NCBI GenBank assembly: GCA_963675665.1 | Contig: OY776510.1 | Coordinates: forward strand, 5,024,001-5,088,000 | Reading direction: 5' to 3' | DNA: 64,000 bases | Source: Spirochaetia bacterium | GTDB lineage: Bacteria > Spirochaetota > Spirochaetia > UBA9216 | Shown: positions 8,582-18,199 of the stretch, piece after piece | How the letters are laid out: every line of letters begins with the position of its first letter | Position numbering within the stretch: the first letter of the stretch is position 1 | Made by a program: the position numbers and the translations under genes | The notes under the pieces: model-generated | What the model was told of the DNA's origin: nothing | Seen by the model: the letters and a program-made list of their open reading frames with translations, nothing else | The model's database searches: none

Positions 8582-9298
8582 TTAAAACTGTTTCAAATCA
8601 GACGGGAAAACAACGTCGACGCCGCCGGTATTATTTGTTCCGCGATAATAACAGGTTGAAGCATCTGATACAGTACCGGAAAGAACACCGTCAAGATTAA
8701 TCCACGCGGTGCTTGCCCCGCTTATTTCAATATCGGCATCCGCAGCAAGACATCCGCTGAAATCGGCCTTGCTTGCATCGGAGCAGATCAGCAATAAATT
8801 CCCGCTCATGGACTCTGCTTCGATAAGACAATCCGAAGCGCCGGAAATTATCGCGGAGATATCCCCTGCCGATGTCAAATTAATATCCGTTTTGGCAGCG
8901 TCAGACACAGTCAACTCAAATACACTGTTCACATTAAAGCCCGAAACTGTAACGTCGGCGGCATCACATGCGGTCAAGGCCTGCAGCTCCGGCATAATTA
9001 CCGAGGCTCTGAAAGTGACATCATTGTAAACAGCATACGGCATAAGAGAGATCTGCAGTTTGTCGCCGATAAGTTTTACATCAAGATAGTCAATAACATT
9101 ATCGTCGCAGCTTATCGTAACGCCGTACTCGGCACCTTCAGTCAGGGTAACCTCACAAAATGAACCTGCTTCCAGGTTTTTAAAGCCCTCGGCATCAAAA
9201 GATGTTTCCACAATAACACCGGATCCTCTCATCATGTTACATCCGGTAAAAATAAACGCCGCTGTAATAACAGCTAAAATAAATATTGCCTGTTTCAT
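8582..9298 (-). CDS. GIN-domain / DUF2807 lipoprotein (adhesin-head-like beta-solenoid)
   Basis: Start at MKQAIF with lipobox FTGC; GSG..V..., repeated 'SGAS/SDAS' coils, ending YYRG. Confidence 0.8.
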   Translation of the reverse strand: MKQAIFILAVITAAFIFTGCNMMRGSGVIVETSFDAEGFKNLEAGSFCEVTLTEGAEYGVTISCDDNVIDYLDVKLIGDKLQISLMPYAVYNDVTFRASVIMPELQALTACDAADVTVSGFNVNSVFELTVSDAAKTDINLTSAGDISAIISGASDCLIEAESMSGNLLLICSDASKADFSGCLAADADIEISGASTAWINLDGVLSGTVSDASTCYYRGTNNTGGVDVVFPSDLKQF

Positions 9299-9409
9299 GA
9301 TTGTTAAACACAATTCCAGTCGCAATCTGTTACTTTCCCGGGCAATTAATATTTTCAGGATAAAAACCGGGACTTCAGGCTTTACCTCTGATTCATAATA
9401 CCTTAGAGT

Positions 9410-10021
9410 ATGCAAATGATAATTAAAAGCGATTCAGAAAAACTAAAAAGGCAGTTGGAGTTTATCCGCGAAATAGACAAGGTAAAAAGCATCTTCAGAC
9501 AGACGCCCCTAATCGATAAATCACGCAAGGAAAATGATGCCGAACATTCATGGCACCTTGCAATGATGACAATAGTTCTTGCCGAGTATGCGCCTCCCGG
9601 AACTGATCTCAACCGCGTTATACAGATGGTTCTTGTTCATGATCTGGTTGAGATTGATGCCGGAGACTCCTACCTGTTCGACGAATCTGCACAGCTTGAC
9701 AAGGAAGAAAGAGAGCAAAAAGCAGCTGATAGAATTTTCGGCATCCTGCCTGAAGAAACCGGCTCGGAAATAATGGATCTTTGGCAGGAATTTGAAGAAA
9801 GGAAAACAGATGAAGCACGATTTGCCGCTCTGATGGACAGAATCCAGCCTTTTATTCACAACATCAGCACCGACGGAATTTCATGGCTGGAGCATGGTAT
9901 AAGCCGCTCGCAGGTCCTGGGCCGGATGAGACCCGTTGTCGGGCAGTTCCCCCTGTTCTGGGAATTTCTTACGGCGAATGTCGACGGCGCGGTAAAAAAA
10001 GGATGGCTAAAGCCGGATTAA
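9410..10021 (+). CDS. HD-domain phosphohydrolase (YfbR/HDDC2-like)
   Basis: ENDAEHSWHLA, LVHDLVEIDAGD, EARFAALMDRIQP. Confidence 0.9.
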   Translation: MQMIIKSDSEKLKRQLEFIREIDKVKSIFRQTPLIDKSRKENDAEHSWHLAMMTIVLAEYAPPGTDLNRVIQMVLVHDLVEIDAGDSYLFDESAQLDKEEREQKAADRIFGILPEETGSEIMDLWQEFEERKTDEARFAALMDRIQPFIHNISTDGISWLEHGISRSQVLGRMRPVVGQFPLFWEFLTANVDGAVKKGWLKPD

Positions 10022-11361
10022 TCAGCTGTCCGGGCAATGCGGAAGCCGAAGTATGCATATGCATTAGTAGTCCAGCCCGATGGGTAATGATAGCCAAGTT
10101 TACGCCCGTTGCCCAGGGCAAAGGAAATGGCGCCGCCTCTCATTAGTTTATGCATGCTATCGACAGTGTCAAAAACCCATTCATTCATATTTCCGCTCAT
10201 ATCCCAGAGCCCCAGCGCGTTTGAGTTTTCCACTGTTGCCACTTGCTGAACAGTACTGGTAAAGTTTGCCACTTTTGCAGTCTCAATAGTATCATTGATA
10301 TCCGCAGTCGCCCCGCTGGCGTAACCTCCGGGATAATAATCTCCAGCATCCCTGATATCGTTTAATGTTCCGGTATCCTGAATATATCTTGCGGCCAGCC
10401 CCCATTCATCTCCGGTCAGAAGTCTGAATCCGGTTTTATAAGCGGGAACGATGTCGTCATAATCTACCGTTGTGGAGTCCCTGACCGGGATCCCTGCATC
10501 CTGGTAAACACATTCATATGACGTTGAAAAAAATGTATTCATATACTCAGTCAGAGCATTACACCAGACCATTGAATCACGCCAGTTAATATAATGTGCG
10601 GGATATAACGGACCTGCAGGCGGGGTTGCGCCGTCGTCGGTACCGGAATTTGCGAATGTATATGTTCCGGCAGATTCTCCGCCGTCGATGCTACCGTTCA
10701 TATCAGTATCGCCTGAAGCCCACTTATAAACCTCGCTCCACAAACCGTAAGTCACTTCAGTTTCACCGATCCAGTAGGCATCATCAACCGTTGCAATACC
10801 GTCCGGATCATCATTCGTACCGTCCCCGTCCAAATCGCCTGCATCATCAACACCGGTAGGAAACGTAATCCCGCCGGGGACATAAATCATATCAAACGAA
10901 GCTGTACTCAGCGTAAATGTTTCCGAATCACCTGCATTGTATGCAGGCGGAGTATATGCATAATCCGCAATTACAATTGAATCTAAAGTTACTGATACCG
11001 AACACATATCGAATATGCCGGTATTGTCGGCGGATGTTACTGTAATTTCAGCAGCTCCGCTGCTCTTTACCGTTACCTTGCCGAATGCATCAACCGAGAA
11101 AATGCCTTCATTGCTGCTTACCCAGGTTACGCCTCGCTGGGTCGTATTTGCCGGGGAATATTCTACGGCAAGTTCAAACTCTTCGGCCCTCGCAATTGTT
11201 CCCTCCGCTCCGGCAAGTGATAAAGCTGTAAGAGGTATTTCAATAAAAGAAGGATTATTCGGATCAAGCGGGTTCGACGGTGCATTCGGGGTTAATGTAA
11301 ACAGCTCGCAGCAGAGTAATAAAACAGCGGCTATCAAAGCGGCAATGATTATCTTTTTCAT
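10018..11361 (-). CDS. Surface lipoprotein: Ig-like (Big_2) + FGE-sulfatase/CLec domain
   Basis: Signal ending LLCC; VTWVSSN Big_2 motif; IGETEVT, NWRDSMVWCN, GFRLLT..EW, NALGLWDMSGNMNEW, RGG...GFRIAR. Confidence 0.85.
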   Translation of the reverse strand: MKKIIIAALIAAVLLLCCELFTLTPNAPSNPLDPNNPSFIEIPLTALSLAGAEGTIARAEEFELAVEYSPANTTQRGVTWVSSNEGIFSVDAFGKVTVKSSGAAEITVTSADNTGIFDMCSVSVTLDSIVIADYAYTPPAYNAGDSETFTLSTASFDMIYVPGGITFPTGVDDAGDLDGDGTNDDPDGIATVDDAYWIGETEVTYGLWSEVYKWASGDTDMNGSIDGGESAGTYTFANSGTDDGATPPAGPLYPAHYINWRDSMVWCNALTEYMNTFFSTSYECVYQDAGIPVRDSTTVDYDDIVPAYKTGFRLLTGDEWGLAARYIQDTGTLNDIRDAGDYYPGGYASGATADINDTIETAKVANFTSTVQQVATVENSNALGLWDMSGNMNEWVFDTVDSMHKLMRGGAISFALGNGRKLGYHYPSGWTTNAYAYFGFRIARTAD

Positions 11362-12476
11362 CTGAGAACCCCCGCAGGATAAAATTTCCATAAAAACGTA
11401 AGTTCACCCGGTCCGGGCTGCAGGTTAAACGACAATTTGTCTGAACCATTCTGCAATTCAGTATCTTCATTGCCCTGCGGCAGCAGAAACAGCAGCGCCG
11501 ATGCCGCCAAGGAGAGAATACCTCCGCCGGTCACGGACAATGCAAGTATACTCTTACCTTTAAATATATCAAAAACAGCGAGATATTCAGAGTATACCTG
11601 GTTAAAATACTCATCAGCAGTAAGGCTTCCGTAATTGGGACTGTCGTCCAGATAAACATCATTATAAGCCGGATCAACATTCGCGGTCTTGTACGCAAGA
11701 GCATCATAGATCAGATACCCGCCGACAGCTGCTGCTGCAGCGCCGATTCCAAGAGTACTCCAGGCTGCAATTTTCCTGACATCCGGGCCGCCGGTTTTTT
11801 CTTCTTCAGTCAGAATATCGGCGACATTTTCCACTTCCTCAGGAACGATTTCTTCAGCTTCAGGCTCCGCCTGTTTTGGTTCCTGCGCTGCGGGTTGAGC
11901 CGGAGCTTCTGCTACCGCCGGGGTTTCTGCTACCGCCGGAGCTTCAGGCTTTACAGGCGCATCTGCCACATCCGTTCCGACGGCGGTGTTTGCCGGCTCC
12001 GGCTGAGGTTCTGATATGCCTGAATCAGAAAGTTTTAGCGCAAGCGAATCAATATTATCCAGCAATTCATCCATATCGGCAAAAAGCCCTCTGGCTGTAT
12101 TTATGGTTTGTGAAGACTCTGTTTCAATCATTTTGGCATTCAGGATATATCTTGTTCCAACCCTGCTGACATCGCCTACAATGATATACTCGGCGGCCAG
12201 AAGCTTACCGATTTCAAGCTGACATGATTCATCCGCACAGCCGGAAACTGAAAACTCAAGCTCCATCAGTATATTATCACGCTGGGCTTTATCTATGACA
12301 CGAAACCGGTTTGTTTCGAAGACCGATGAAGTCAGAAAAGATACTATGGCGTTTGCATCGCTTTCGGCAATTCCGTTTGCCGTGAAATCCAGAACGGTTA
12401 TGATAGGTTTTCCCTGTGAAAAAGCACTCAAGACAAGCAAGAGAGAAAAAACCAGGATGAATATTGTTTTCTTCAA
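11358..12476 (-). CDS. CsgG/HfaB-like N-terminal domain protein with Pro/Ala/Glu linker and C-terminal membrane segments
   Basis: ITVLDF...RFRVID...E.EFSVSGC.D.SC..EIGKLLAAEYII.G; 4-bp overlap with the downstream FGE gene. Confidence 0.75.
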   Translation of the reverse strand: MKKTIFILVFSLLLVLSAFSQGKPIITVLDFTANGIAESDANAIVSFLTSSVFETNRFRVIDKAQRDNILMELEFSVSGCADESCQLEIGKLLAAEYIIVGDVSRVGTRYILNAKMIETESSQTINTARGLFADMDELLDNIDSLALKLSDSGISEPQPEPANTAVGTDVADAPVKPEAPAVAETPAVAEAPAQPAAQEPKQAEPEAEEIVPEEVENVADILTEEEKTGGPDVRKIAAWSTLGIGAAAAAVGGYLIYDALAYKTANVDPAYNDVYLDDSPNYGSLTADEYFNQVYSEYLAVFDIFKGKSILALSVTGGGILSLAASALLFLLPQGNEDTELQNGSDKLSFNLQPGPGELTFLWKFYPAGVLR

Positions 12477-12570
12477 ATTTCATTCCTCGGATAAGTCTTT
12501 GCTCTCAATGATAATATGTTAATTATCGGTTTGCAACCGGTTAATTAATTATTTTATCAGATTTGTCATG

Positions 12571-12604
12571 TAAAAAAAACCGTCCGGAAAATCATCCGGA
12601 CGGT
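12571..12604 (-). terminator. Rho-independent terminator of the ABC operon
   Basis: ACCGTCCGGA-6-TCCGGACGGT hairpin followed by a U-run on the minus strand. Confidence 0.75.
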
Positions 12605-12655
12605 CTGAAATAAATTAACACTTCTCCTGAAATATCAACAGGACTTTCACAATTT

Positions 12656-13714
12656 TTATTCGGCATCGGCTCCTTTCTGCTGTTTAAGCGCCGCTTCATT
12701 CTGCTTTCTGAGCTGGAACTGGTCTACAACAACAGCAATTACAACTACAAATCCCTTTATTACCGTCTGCCAGAATGATGAAACACCGACCATTACAAGT
12801 CCGTCGTTAAGAACTCCGAGAATCAGCGCGCCTATTACCGAACCTCCGATCGAACCCCGGCCGCCGGAAAGCGAAGTACCGCCGAGAACGACCGCGGCGA
12901 TTGTGGTCAGCTCATACGATTCGCCCGTGGCAGGATGAGACGCTACCAGCTGGGATGAAAGAACAAGGCCCGTCAGGGCAGCTGTAAACCCCGAGAACAT
13001 ATAGGTTGCCATCTTGATTCTGCGCACCCTTATACCGGAAAGTTTTGCCGCATCGGCATTGCCGCCTACTGCATATACATGGCGGCCGAGCGGAGTTTTC
13101 TTTGAAACGTAAGCAGCTATAACGGCAAGCGCAATTGCAATCCATACTACAAGCGGAATTCCGATTATCGTGCCGGCGCCCAGTTTGGGAAACCCGGTGT
13201 TACCGAGGGAAGGATCACCGATCAGGTTAGGAAAGGTTTTCCCTCCCGAACGGAGCATTGCAAAACCCCGGGCCATATACATCATGCCTAGAGTTGCAAT
13301 AAACGGCGCAACTTTCAAACGGGTAATAAGAAGCCCGTTAACGGCTCCAAGACCCGTACCTATCAGAAGAACAATAATAATGATCATCCCCGTATGGAAA
13401 TAGATAACCAGGTCAAACATCGGCAGTCTCAGCCCTTCAACAATGAAACCGCCGGCAAGCATACCGCACAACCCGGCGATTGAACCGACCGAGAGATCAA
13501 TTCCGTCGCCGATTATTACAAATGTCATACCCATTGCAAGAATTGTCCATATTGCCGAATGCTTGGCCATTGCAACCAGGTTTGCAAACGAAAGAAAATT
13601 CGGAGCTATAATTCCAAATACTACCAATACGGCGAAAAATGCAATCAGTGTTCTTAGTTTAAGAAGGAGCATTCCAACGGAGAAATCCCCTTTCAATTTA
13701 TTTTTGGTAACCAT
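12656..13714 (-). CDS. Monosaccharide/polyol ABC transporter permease (RbsC/EryF-like)
   Basis: GIDLSVGS, APFIATLG, AVGGNADAAKLSGI, YELTTIAAVVLGGTSLSGG. Confidence 0.92.
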   Translation of the reverse strand: MVTKNKLKGDFSVGMLLLKLRTLIAFFAVLVVFGIIAPNFLSFANLVAMAKHSAIWTILAMGMTFVIIGDGIDLSVGSIAGLCGMLAGGFIVEGLRLPMFDLVIYFHTGMIIIIVLLIGTGLGAVNGLLITRLKVAPFIATLGMMYMARGFAMLRSGGKTFPNLIGDPSLGNTGFPKLGAGTIIGIPLVVWIAIALAVIAAYVSKKTPLGRHVYAVGGNADAAKLSGIRVRRIKMATYMFSGFTAALTGLVLSSQLVASHPATGESYELTTIAAVVLGGTSLSGGRGSIGGSVIGALILGVLNDGLVMVGVSSFWQTVIKGFVVVIAVVVDQFQLRKQNEAALKQQKGADAE

Positions 13715-13730
13715 AAGTCTGTTCCTCCTT

Positions 13731-15287
13731 TTATGCTATTGAAGTAATTCCATGACCAATTTCCGAAGCCTTTCGTACCTTTTCTTCAGTAGCTTCCGAA
13801 CGGTCAAATACTCCGGTCACCTTACCCTTTGAAAGTACTATGATTCGGTCGGACATCGAGAAGATTTCTTCCAGTTCCGACGAGACAAGAACAATACCGA
13901 ATTTCTCATTCGCCATGCTGTTTGTAATTTCAAAAACATCGGATTTTGCTCCGACATCAATTCCCCGGGTAGGCTCGTCCATCAGCAGTACTTTCGGTTT
14001 TGTCAGAAGACCCTTGCCTATAACCACTTTCTGCTGATTTCCTCCGGAAAGGGCGTTAATGGATATCTGCGGACTGGCAACCTTGATGGCAATCTGCCTG
14101 ATCGTTTCAATAACAGATTCATTCTCTTTCTCTTTATTTATATGAAAAATTCTGGTAAATGCTTTTAAACTCGACATGGTCAGATTGTGATCAACAGCAA
14201 GGTTCAGAAACAAGCCTTCTCGTTGCCGCTCTTCAGGAATAAGAACCAGCCCCCGCTCTATTCGCCCTTTTGTATCAATTCCGTCTATCCGTTCGCCCGA
14301 CAGCCATATTTTACCGGTAGTTTTTTCCATTGCCCCCATCAGGCTTTCGAGCAGTTCGGTCCGGCCGGCCCCCATCAGGCCGTAAATTCCCAGAACTTCG
14401 CCTTCCTTTACCTCGAAAGAAACATTATCAAGGGTATATCCGCCCCCGAATCGGGGCAAGGTCATATTTTCAGCCCTGAGAAGGACTTCGCCGGTTTGGT
14501 GAGCTTCACCCTGGAAAAACTTCTTCGGATCCCGTCCCACCATCTTTTCAATTATTTCATGCATCTCCATAGACGCAATTTCATTAAAATCTATCAGATT
14601 CGCATCTCTCAATATTGTTATGTAATCTCCGATCTCCTTAATTTCTTCAAGCCGGTGTGATATATACACAATGGCAACATTCTGCGATTTGAGATCATCA
14701 ATTACATCAAACAGGACCTTTACCTCCTGTTCGCTCAACGAAGACGTTGGTTCGTCCATTATCAGTATTTTCGGTTCATCGATCATGGTTTTTGCTATTT
14801 CCACAATCTGCTGCTGTCCAAGCCTCAGGTCACGCACAAGAGTCTCCGGTTTTATGTCCTGACCCAATCTTCTCAGAACTTCTACAGCACGTTCTTTCTG
14901 GCTTCCGTGGTCTATACTAAAGGCGTTTTTCTTCAATTCCTTGTTCATGAAGATGTTTTCAGCAACATCAAGATCGGCAAAAAGGTTAAGCTCCTGATGC
15001 ACTATACCTATTCCCTTCTGAACGGCATCACGGGTTGAGGAAAAAGAAACAACCTCCCGCGAACCGTTATCATCGTACATGATAAGTTCGCCGGCCGTCG
15101 GCTGCTCAATTCCGGCAATTATTTTCATAAGGGTGGATTTGCCTGCGCCGTTTTCTCCTACAAGAACATTTATCTTTCCCTTGTATATCTTGAAATCAAC
15201 ACAGTTTAATGCTTTGGTTCCGGGATATACCTTGTCTATCCCGACGGCTTCCATAATCAGCCCTTCTTTTGGTTCAATCATAAGCAA
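13731..15287 (-). CDS. Sugar ABC transporter ATP-binding protein (RbsA-type, tandem NBD)
   Basis: GENGAGKST, DEPTSSL, LSGGNQQK, DEPTRGIDVGAK. Confidence 0.95.
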   Translation of the reverse strand: MLMIEPKEGLIMEAVGIDKVYPGTKALNCVDFKIYKGKINVLVGENGAGKSTLMKIIAGIEQPTAGELIMYDDNGSREVVSFSSTRDAVQKGIGIVHQELNLFADLDVAENIFMNKELKKNAFSIDHGSQKERAVEVLRRLGQDIKPETLVRDLRLGQQQIVEIAKTMIDEPKILIMDEPTSSLSEQEVKVLFDVIDDLKSQNVAIVYISHRLEEIKEIGDYITILRDANLIDFNEIASMEMHEIIEKMVGRDPKKFFQGEAHQTGEVLLRAENMTLPRFGGGYTLDNVSFEVKEGEVLGIYGLMGAGRTELLESLMGAMEKTTGKIWLSGERIDGIDTKGRIERGLVLIPEERQREGLFLNLAVDHNLTMSSLKAFTRIFHINKEKENESVIETIRQIAIKVASPQISINALSGGNQQKVVIGKGLLTKPKVLLMDEPTRGIDVGAKSDVFEITNSMANEKFGIVLVSSELEEIFSMSDRIIVLSKGKVTGVFDRSEATEEKVRKASEIGHGITSIA

Positions 15288-15290
15288 CCT

Positions 15291-15980
15291 CTACTCTTTA
15301 ACTTCAATCACAGCAGGGGTCAGTATAATATCTTCGACCGCATCAGATTGTTCAAGTTTGAACGCTGCATAGAAGCTTACTGTTTTTCCGGAAAGGTTTT
15401 CCAGGTCAAGCGGTTCAACAACTACCTTTTTCATTTTATTATTCAACTCATCAGCAAGGCTGGCAAACTGCAGCTGGTTTCCGACTTCGGAAAATTTGAT
15501 AAAATCCAGCGAATCACGAAGCGCGGTCTTTTTTATAACCGGACCTACCTGAATGGCTGTATCCCTTACGCCGTCGGCAGGTACAAGATCTATGATAAGA
15601 AGTCCGTTTCTCGAGCTGCTGTCATATTCAAGAACAACTGCTTCACCTTTTACCTTAAACGCGAAACTTGCGGCTCCCTGAGTTTTTGTCAAACCATAAT
15701 CAGCTGTAGCTTTCTCCCTGTCGGACTTCAGCGCGTTGATAATAATATCGATATCTACACATTCTTCCTTAAAAGCCGGTACAAGCCTGGAATCCCAGAT
15801 TCCTTCTACATATGAAACAGGCTCAAACTGGCTTCCGCTTTTTGTCCAGGTTGAATACTCTCCCTTTACTTCTTTTGCTTCGACTTCACTTAATTTCCTG
15901 ACAGTACATGATGTAAAAGCTAAAAAGATGACTGCAATCAAAGTAAGGAACAGCAGACCTTTCTTATTCGTTTCGATCAT
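15291..15980 (-). CDS. DUF2291 family periplasmic lipoprotein
   Basis: Start MIETNK; lipobox FTSC; IQVGPVIKKTALRD..F.E..NQLQFA..A.ELN motif typical of DUF2291 in erythritol/apiose-type ABC loci. Confidence 0.8.
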   Translation of the reverse strand: MIETNKKGLLFLTLIAVIFLAFTSCTVRKLSEVEAKEVKGEYSTWTKSGSQFEPVSYVEGIWDSRLVPAFKEECVDIDIIINALKSDREKATADYGLTKTQGAASFAFKVKGEAVVLEYDSSSRNGLLIIDLVPADGVRDTAIQVGPVIKKTALRDSLDFIKFSEVGNQLQFASLADELNNKMKKVVVEPLDLENLSGKTVSFYAAFKLEQSDAVEDIILTPAVIEVKE

Positions 15981-16010
15981 ATTTTGACTCCAGATATATT
16001 GATTTACATT

Positions 16011-16040
16011 AAAAAAGGAATCCGGTCGAAACCGGACTCC
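16011..16040 (-). terminator. Hairpin/terminator after the binding-protein gene
   Basis: GGAATCCGG-TCGAAA-CCGGACTCC stem with a U-run on the minus strand. Confidence 0.55.
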
Positions 16041-16059
16041 CCTTATTCTATCATGAGAA

Positions 16060-17019
16060 TTAATTGATTGGTGCGAAACCTTTCCATTTGGTCGCATTTT
16101 CGGGAGTAATGAGGAAGCAGTCGTTAAGAATTTTTTCTTCACTCATGCCGGTTGAACCGGTTTTGATATATTTGTCGGCAAGTTCTACTGCCATTTCCGC
16201 GTTCTTTGCATTCGGCTGCATAACAGTTCCGTCGATTTTACCCTGAAGGATCGACTGAAGAACATTATCGTTTCCATCAAAACCCATTACAACTATATTG
16301 CCCTTTCCGGCTGCATCAATTGCTGCCTGTGCGCCGAGAGCCATTGTGTCGTTACCACAGATAATACCGTTAATGTCGGGATTTGCCTGAAGTATTGATT
16401 CAATATCAGCATATGCTTCTGTCTGGCTCCAGTTTGCTGTTTCTCTTGCAGCCATTACCATGTCAGGATACTGATCTATGATATTGTGAAAACCTTTGGA
16501 TCGGACACCTGCATTTGTATCTGATTCTTTTCCAACCAGCTCTACATATTTGCCTTTTTCTCCGAGAAGCGAAACAAACCTTTCAGCGCCGAGTTTTGCC
16601 CCCTGGAAGTTATTTGAAATAAGCTGAGCCTTTGCAATCCCGGTTGCATTTATCTCTCTGTCCATACAGAAAACAGGAATACCTGCATCTGTGGCTCTCT
16701 GAAGGTTATTCGGTGAAGCATCGGCATTTGCGATATCAATGATAATAGCTGCAGCATTTCTTGCAATAGCTGTATCGATTATATCACTTTCAGCATTAGG
16801 ATCATCACCATGAACCGCAAGCAGCGTTTCATAACCAAGAGATTCTGCTTTGGCTTTAGCAGCATCAGCTTCCGCTGTAAAGAAAATATTGTCTTTATCA
16901 GGGGTTACTATTACCATAAGATTTGATGACGCTTCAGCTTCCTGCTGACCTCCAGCGAACACCAGTCCTGCACCCAACAGGATTGATACAAGTGCGAAAA
17001 TAAGAATTTTCTTAGACAT
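16060..17019 (-). CDS. Polyol/pentose ABC transporter substrate-binding protein (RbsB/EryG-like)
   Basis: FAGGQQE N-terminus; NIFF, DRE, GKESDTNAGVRSKGF, ANWSQ, NDTMALGA, GFDG. Confidence 0.9.
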   Translation of the reverse strand: MSKKILIFALVSILLGAGLVFAGGQQEAEASSNLMVIVTPDKDNIFFTAEADAAKAKAESLGYETLLAVHGDDPNAESDIIDTAIARNAAAIIIDIANADASPNNLQRATDAGIPVFCMDREINATGIAKAQLISNNFQGAKLGAERFVSLLGEKGKYVELVGKESDTNAGVRSKGFHNIIDQYPDMVMAARETANWSQTEAYADIESILQANPDINGIICGNDTMALGAQAAIDAAGKGNIVVMGFDGNDNVLQSILQGKIDGTVMQPNAKNAEMAVELADKYIKTGSTGMSEEKILNDCFLITPENATKWKGFAPIN

Positions 17020-17132
17020 AAGCCCTCCTTAAATATAAACGCATCAACGATACGTAATGTACCAACGGCACATTGCACGCCTGTAGCGTGTTATCCACAT
17101 TAAAAAAATTGCGATATCCCAGAGCAAAACTC

Positions 17133-17146
17133 TGAAACCGATTTCA
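17133..17146. promoter_or_regulatory. LacI-type operator (copy 1)
   Basis: TGAAACCGATTTCA just downstream of a TTGACA-16-TAAACT promoter for the binding-protein gene. Confidence 0.7.
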
Positions 17147-17220
17147 TTGATGTTAAAAGTTTATCATACCCAACCCGTTTGTCAAGGAATATAACTCAAA
17201 AATCTTAATATTTTTGCGTA

Positions 17221-17245
17221 AGTTACCAGCTTTTTGGTAACTTTA
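17221..17245. promoter_or_regulatory. TACCA-N6-TGGTA palindromic site (copy 1)
   Basis: AGTTACCA-6-TGGTAACT; 17224-17245 is 19/22 identical to 33368-33389. Confidence 0.5.
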
Positions 17246-17293
17246 CACCATTACCTTACCAGTTTTGTCAGGTATTATTCAATGAAAGCGTTA

Positions 17294-18199
17294 TCAAACA
17301 GCTCCAATACCAATATCCAGACCAAGCATCCGGCCATAATCCGTATAGCCTGCGCATTCCGTTTTTTCAACATTGCTGAAAGATGCCCAGGGATATTCAA
17401 AACCGAGACCATCATATTTTCCTGATCCAAGCCGGTGAAAAGGCAATAATTCAACTTTTCTGATTGCGGTTTCCCGATAAATAAAATCAAGCATATGCTT
17501 AACGGTTTTTTCAGAATGGTTTACTCCGGGAATTACCGGGATACGAACCACAACATTATCATGGCAACGGCTGATCCCGGTTATATTCGCAAGAATTTTT
17601 TCCATACCGACTCCGGTATATTTCAGATGTTCAGCGTTGTCAATGTGCTTGAGATCTACATAAAAAAGATCAATTACATCAAGCAGGCTTTCGATTATCT
17701 GCCAGTCTACTGCAGCTGCTGTTTCAATTGCGGTATGTATACCTTCAGCTCTGCACCTTTCGGCAATTTCCCTGACCTCCCGGTGCTGCAGAAGGGGCTC
17801 TCCGCCGGAAAAAGTTACACCGCCCCCGGATTCCCTGTAGAAATGCCTGTCGGCGAGAACAACCTTCATAAGCTGCTCAATATCATAGTCCTGCCCCACT
17901 ACCCTTCGGGCATCAAAAAAACAGGCATCTGCGCATCTTCCACAACCCGTGCAGGCATCATGATCAGTTATAAAGCCGTATTTTTCCGAAAGAAAAACCG
18001 CGCCCTCAGGACAGACTTCAATGCATTTTCCGCAGCCGCTGCATTTATTTTTATAGTACATCAGCTGCTTTTTGAAACTCCAGGATTCCGGGTTCTGGCA
18101 CCAGCTGCATCTGAGGTTGCAGCCCTTGAAAAACAACACTGTTCGGATCCCGGGGCCGTCTTTCGTTGCATAACGCTCTATGTCAAAAACATTTATCAT
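17294..18199 (-). CDS. Glycyl-radical enzyme activating enzyme (radical SAM with ferredoxin insert)
   Basis: DGPGIRTVLFFKGCNLRCSWCQNPES; two CxxCxxCxxxC clusters; GGVTFSGGEP. Confidence 0.95.
   Translation of the reverse strand: MINVFDIERYATKDGPGIRTVLFFKGCNLRCSWCQNPESWSFKKQLMYYKNKCSGCGKCIEVCPEGAVFLSEKYGFITDHDACTGCGRCADACFFDARRVVGQDYDIEQLMKVVLADRHFYRESGGGVTFSGGEPLLQHREVREIAERCRAEGIHTAIETAAAVDWQIIESLLDVIDLFYVDLKHIDNAEHLKYTGVGMEKILANITGISRCHDNVVVRIPVIPGVNHSEKTVKHMLDFIYRETAIRKVELLPFHRLGSGKYDGLGFEYPWASFSNVEKTECAGYTDYGRMLGLDIGIGAV

Noticed and set aside
10018-10150. Active diversity-generating retroelement
   Set aside because: No reverse transcriptase, avd gene or template repeat in the window
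15981-16142. Long N-terminal extension of DUF2291 overlapping the binding-protein gene
   Set aside because: It spans a terminator-like hairpin; the signal peptide begins at ATG 15980
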